A stretch of 63,061 nucleotides of DNA, filler included, from Nemertoderma westbladi (lineage: Eukaryota > Animalia > Xenacoelomorpha): assembly GCA_032718475.1 (NCBI GenBank). It is 3 parts of 3 records of this genome, joined end to end, with 100 filler letters (N's around TTAATTAATTAA, not from the genome) between each part and the next. Parts side by side here need not be neighbours in the genome. Positions count along the whole stretch, not along the records: positions 54,027 to 63,061 come from JAUCBJ010001632.1; 2 more parts are not named here. The stretch is one strand, 5' to 3'. The notes beneath the pieces were generated by a model. The model was not told where the DNA came from, made no database searches, and was given only the letters and a program-made list of their open reading frames with translations. Shown in pieces: positions 60,501 through 63,061 of the stretch. Numbering within the stretch: position 1 is the stretch's first letter; each line of letters starts with the position of its first letter. The position numbers and the translations under genes are program-made.

Positions 60501-61305
60501 AGTCAGCTCACCTTGTCGCATTGGGGACCCGAGTGTTAGGGTGTTTACTGAGGCTAGTCTAGTGACTTGCCTCAGATTCACCAATGGCTTTGTTGGTCGG
60601 GGTGGAACATGAGAGTAGCCTCCAACTCCAGAATCCCTCTCCCCATCACAATCTGGCCTCCCTGGTGACCCAGGGTTTGGGCCAGAAAGGTCATCAGGAA
60701 AGGGACTCAAAGAATTGTTGGCTGCTCTCTCTCCAGTAGGGGGTGAGACAGGCAGCCGGTCAGGAGTTAACTGACGCCTGTGAGGCCGATTGTGTCCGGT
60801 AATTCCACTGGCCTCTAGTGGCCGGACCTCCGCATTGCTAATGTAATCCATAGTGGGGGTTGGGGGGTGCTTTTTTGCCGAGTCAGCTCTCGGGGCAAAT
60901 ACCACACCCTGGTTTGCCATTCCACGGGGTGGGTGTCGCAATGGAGTCAGATATGAGGCCCATCACCCATATCTACTCTGGCGCACATGACCCACCATTG
61001 GCTGTTGCAGCTCATCTGCTGGGTCATGCCCTGTACCCTTGCTGCCAGGTGCAGGTCGCAGTGAAGTGCTCTCAGAGTGGACATGAGAACACTCTACTCC
61101 TGACCAGCCATTGGTAGATCACCATCTGCCTGGTCAGGCCATATACCCCTGCAGCCAAGTATATGGGTCCTTAATCCAGGACCAAGGGCGTCCTTATCCC
61201 AGAACGAAGGGGGTCCTAGTTACAGGACCAGATTTGCCCTAGTAAGAGGGTCTATGCAGCTACAGGTAGCACCTCCTTTATGCTGCATGGAGGTGGCAAG
61301 TTTTC
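57585..61305 (-). mobile_element. Full-length RTE-clade non-LTR retrotransposon
   Basis: Structured ~360-nt 5' leader, single ORF, short 3' stem-loop UTR and TAGTAGTA tail. 5' boundary approximate. Confidence 0.9.
57624..60941 (-). CDS. RTE ORF: AP endonuclease plus reverse transcriptase (intact)
   Basis: Motifs GVQEHR, GGIG, YSPT, GDFNA, QIDHI, SDH; RGISL, QNGFRKGR, FVDFFKAFDSV, GVLQGDTLAPFLF, FADD, YLGS. First ATG at 60920. Confidence 0.95.
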   Translation of the reverse strand: MRHPPRGMANQGVVFAPRADSAKKHPPTPTMDYISNAEVRPLEASGITGHNRPHRRQLTPDRLPVSPPTGERAANNSLSPFPDDLSGPNPGSPGRPDCDGERDSGVGGYSHVPPRPTKPLVNLRQVTRLASVNTLTLGSPMRQGELTALADKLSLSAVGVQEHRMQTGQTDEVLIKDMGGSWRLALASADDSGNGGIGLLMNPTAHAALDKIDQISNRIIRCHFSCSGRLAKKFPKVVLIVCYSPTSVAPVEEVENFYHNLQAATDGVDQQAFLTFLGDFNASLHQSPTSPWVYSNSVNRNSVHLQDFISGNGLFSAGTQFKKRTGKLWTHSGPSGHKSQIDHILFRRKYRSSIQDCNAFTLRPFSSDHRLIVAKVRLSLRASRTTKSALPRHDWSSLLQQPSVRSSFTLQLSNRYEALASEAADHCEGYTAFTEAVKLAAAETVPVYPRNRKRAPWTDNKIQKCRNDLHKAQKESRLKQTTAAKNAVKAASRSLNRQYSVNLQELINQQVDAINDADDSRQSSQAWKSINLLTGRKSQPTTKVKAESPADRLNGWKAHFEKLLNNDRVLPDNFIEVKVSESVLPDIPIGDISFAEVKAAAKSIKTNRASGVDGVPPEVFKIPECLKLIYPIIVDMYRTTRVPQEMKTNKLVPVPKKGNLTLYGSFRGISLISIAAKLYNRILLNRIRDPIERLLRGNQNGFRKGRGTMEPILALRRIIEELSKKKDRHLAVIFVDFFKAFDSVSRSRMFSILSLYGIPDEIIAAIRSVYDGSTTFLSTVDGDTEPFEVLWGVLQGDTLAPFLFIIVVDYVLRMSLDHHNDDGVMITPPTGSRSRGNPAKYLTDLDFADDLGVLSESLEGAQRLLSSLEHTASSVGLFINSRKTKILTVNFESPQQVSDRMSISSKDGMLEHVDDFYYLGSWIRKSGEDLRIRKGKAWAALNRLSRIWKSPRINRKLKVRLFRAAVVPVLLYGSPCWALTAEDTKSLDGTFTRMLRRVHCVKYNAHISNQTLYNIGGVSLVPPSLTLEQNRLRFAGHCFRREDQPVHNLVLWQPHGVNKHGGQPMTFLRRILKDTGLKDADDLANVMGDRELWRCNFVDKPAQHS

Positions 61306-61979
61306 TTGATCAATGACCTAGAATACCTGACCTTACGCCCCCCCCCCCCCCCCCCCCCCCCCCCCCCACCCCCCCACCCCTCAAGCACAAGTAAAATACA
61401 ACCCTGTCCTTTGGTAATAAATACAAACACAATAAACTTATGAATATACGCATTGAAAAAGAACGGCGATAAAATTCCACATTGTTTAACTCCATAATAA
61501 TTTCCTTCTACATTTCCTGCCGGTACGAAGAATTAAATTTCAAGAGGCCTTATCTCATTTCCACACATGTGCGTGACTACTGTAATATTAATTATTCAAA
61601 GGGGGAATGGTTGTATCAAAGCCAGAACATACAAATTAAGATCAATATGTAGCTGACCACCACAACTACAGGGCATTACATTACATTTCAACCAATAAAG
61701 CTTTATAGAACATATCAACACATGTTTGTTTGCAAGCTAATAAGGTCTTAATTACTCATACTTAGTTTTCAAGCACAGAACCATAAAATTTAGATCAATA
61801 ACATACAGTACAGTATATATCAACTAGCAAAGCATATAGAACTCATCAACATAATATAACTCTTCAACACATTCGTGGGTCTCTGAGGTAGACGAAATAA
61901 GCATCAGCATACTTAGTATAAGGTTTCCATTGTTTCAACCGTTTAATAGATGCTTTCTACTGTAGAGGTAGACTTGTTT

Positions 61980-62748
61980 GGATAGTACTTAAGTCATGTC
62001 TGAACCCAATCTGAACCCAATCTGGACCCAATCTCGAGAATTATACCAAATCTGAACCAAATCTGAATCGAAAATAGAAAGAGGGGTGAAAATTATTAAT
62101 TTTTGCATTAACAATTTTGAAATTTGAAGAAATTTTACATATCTTTTTTCATATTTAAATTTGCGGGAAGCCGCAGCACTACTGCTGTATTGGGGACTGC
62201 AGTTACTGCTGGTAATACTGTGCAGTCGTTAACGTTATAGCTCACCTCTACCGGTAGGCAGTTTCCCAACTGACAACTACAGAACTACGGCTGTACGGTT
62301 CTCGTAGAAAGTTCGGTTTCGGTCTAACGTTGGGTAGGTTACTAGTGCCTGGTACCGGTCCCTAGTCTACATCTGTCCGGCTGTCTCTACATACTGACAT
62401 ATACATAAGGCAGTACGAAACGAGCTATGAAAACTGTACAGCCGTAGTTATGTAGTTGTCAGTTGGATACCGTCTACCGTCTACCGGTAGAGGTGAGCTA
62501 TATCGTTAACGACTGAACGACTGCACAGCAGTACAATACAGCAGTAACTGCGGTCCCTAATACAGCAGTAGTGCTGCGGCCTCCCGCAAATTTAAATATG
62601 AAAAAGATATGTAAAATTTCTTCAAATTTCAAAATTTGTTAATGCAAAAATTAATAATTTTCACCCCTCTTTCTATTTTCGATTCAGATTGGGTTCAGAT
62701 TTGGTATAATTCTCGAGATTGGGTTCAGATATGACTCAAGTACTATCC
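61980..62748. mobile_element. Mutator/foldback-like MITE with ~320-bp TIRs
   Basis: Termini GGATAGTACT...AGTACTATCC and a perfect 9-bp TSD GACTTGTTT (61971-61979, 62749-62757). Confidence 0.9.
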
Positions 62749-63061
62749 GACTTGTTTACTCATTTTATCATAATATATTAATAGTTATTAGCTTTCAAAC
62801 ATTTTCCAGCTTACATACTGACGGACTGATCGACAGACAGACAATGGTTGAAACAGAGGTGCCCATATGCTCATCATGCTTACTTCGTTGCCCCACATTT
62901 ATTTCCAACATAATATTTACCCTCTAAAAATTTCATTACGAGCAAACTCTATACATAAATATGTAGACCTAAACTGTAGTGCAATGTACAGTATGTAAAC
63001 TTGTAACTATGTGGAAAACAAACGCCCTTTTTTCCCCGGCGACACTGTGATGTAGAATATT

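Noticed and set aside
57624-60941. Retron, DGR or group II intron reverse transcriptase system
   Set aside because: The APE-plus-RT layout, 3' microsatellite tail and 5'-truncated copies identify a non-LTR retrotransposon.

Overview
AT-rich, repeat-dense animal DNA, not prokaryotic. A marine invertebrate is my inference from the spliced genes, RTE and CR1-group LINEs and a 2A-bearing LINE. The window is three contigs joined by two 100-nt N44-TTAATTAATTAA-N44 linkers (26947-27046, 53927-54026), so adjacency across them means nothing. Contig 1 has five phase-compatible minus-strand exons of a protein built of tandem cupredoxin-like domains lacking the copper-ligand loop. It also has an intronless four-TM LAPTM/DUF4728-like gene, several truncated RTE copies, hAT-like and foldback elements and many minisatellites; one minisatellite starts exactly at a splice donor and copies it about 70 times. 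Contig 2 has a 3.8-kb satellite and a CR1-group LINE (signal peptide, 2A, PHD, APE, RT; one nonsense codon) inserted in a 39-bp array carrying RFX X-box and AG|GTAAG motifs. It also has isolated exons of a carboxylesterase-like and a C-type-lectin-like type II membrane protein, and an intronless ~914-aa Ig/FN3 receptor. Contig 3 has an intact RTE LINE with a highly structured 5' leader and a Mutator-like foldback MITE. All family assignments come from motif recognition by eye; no database searches were run.
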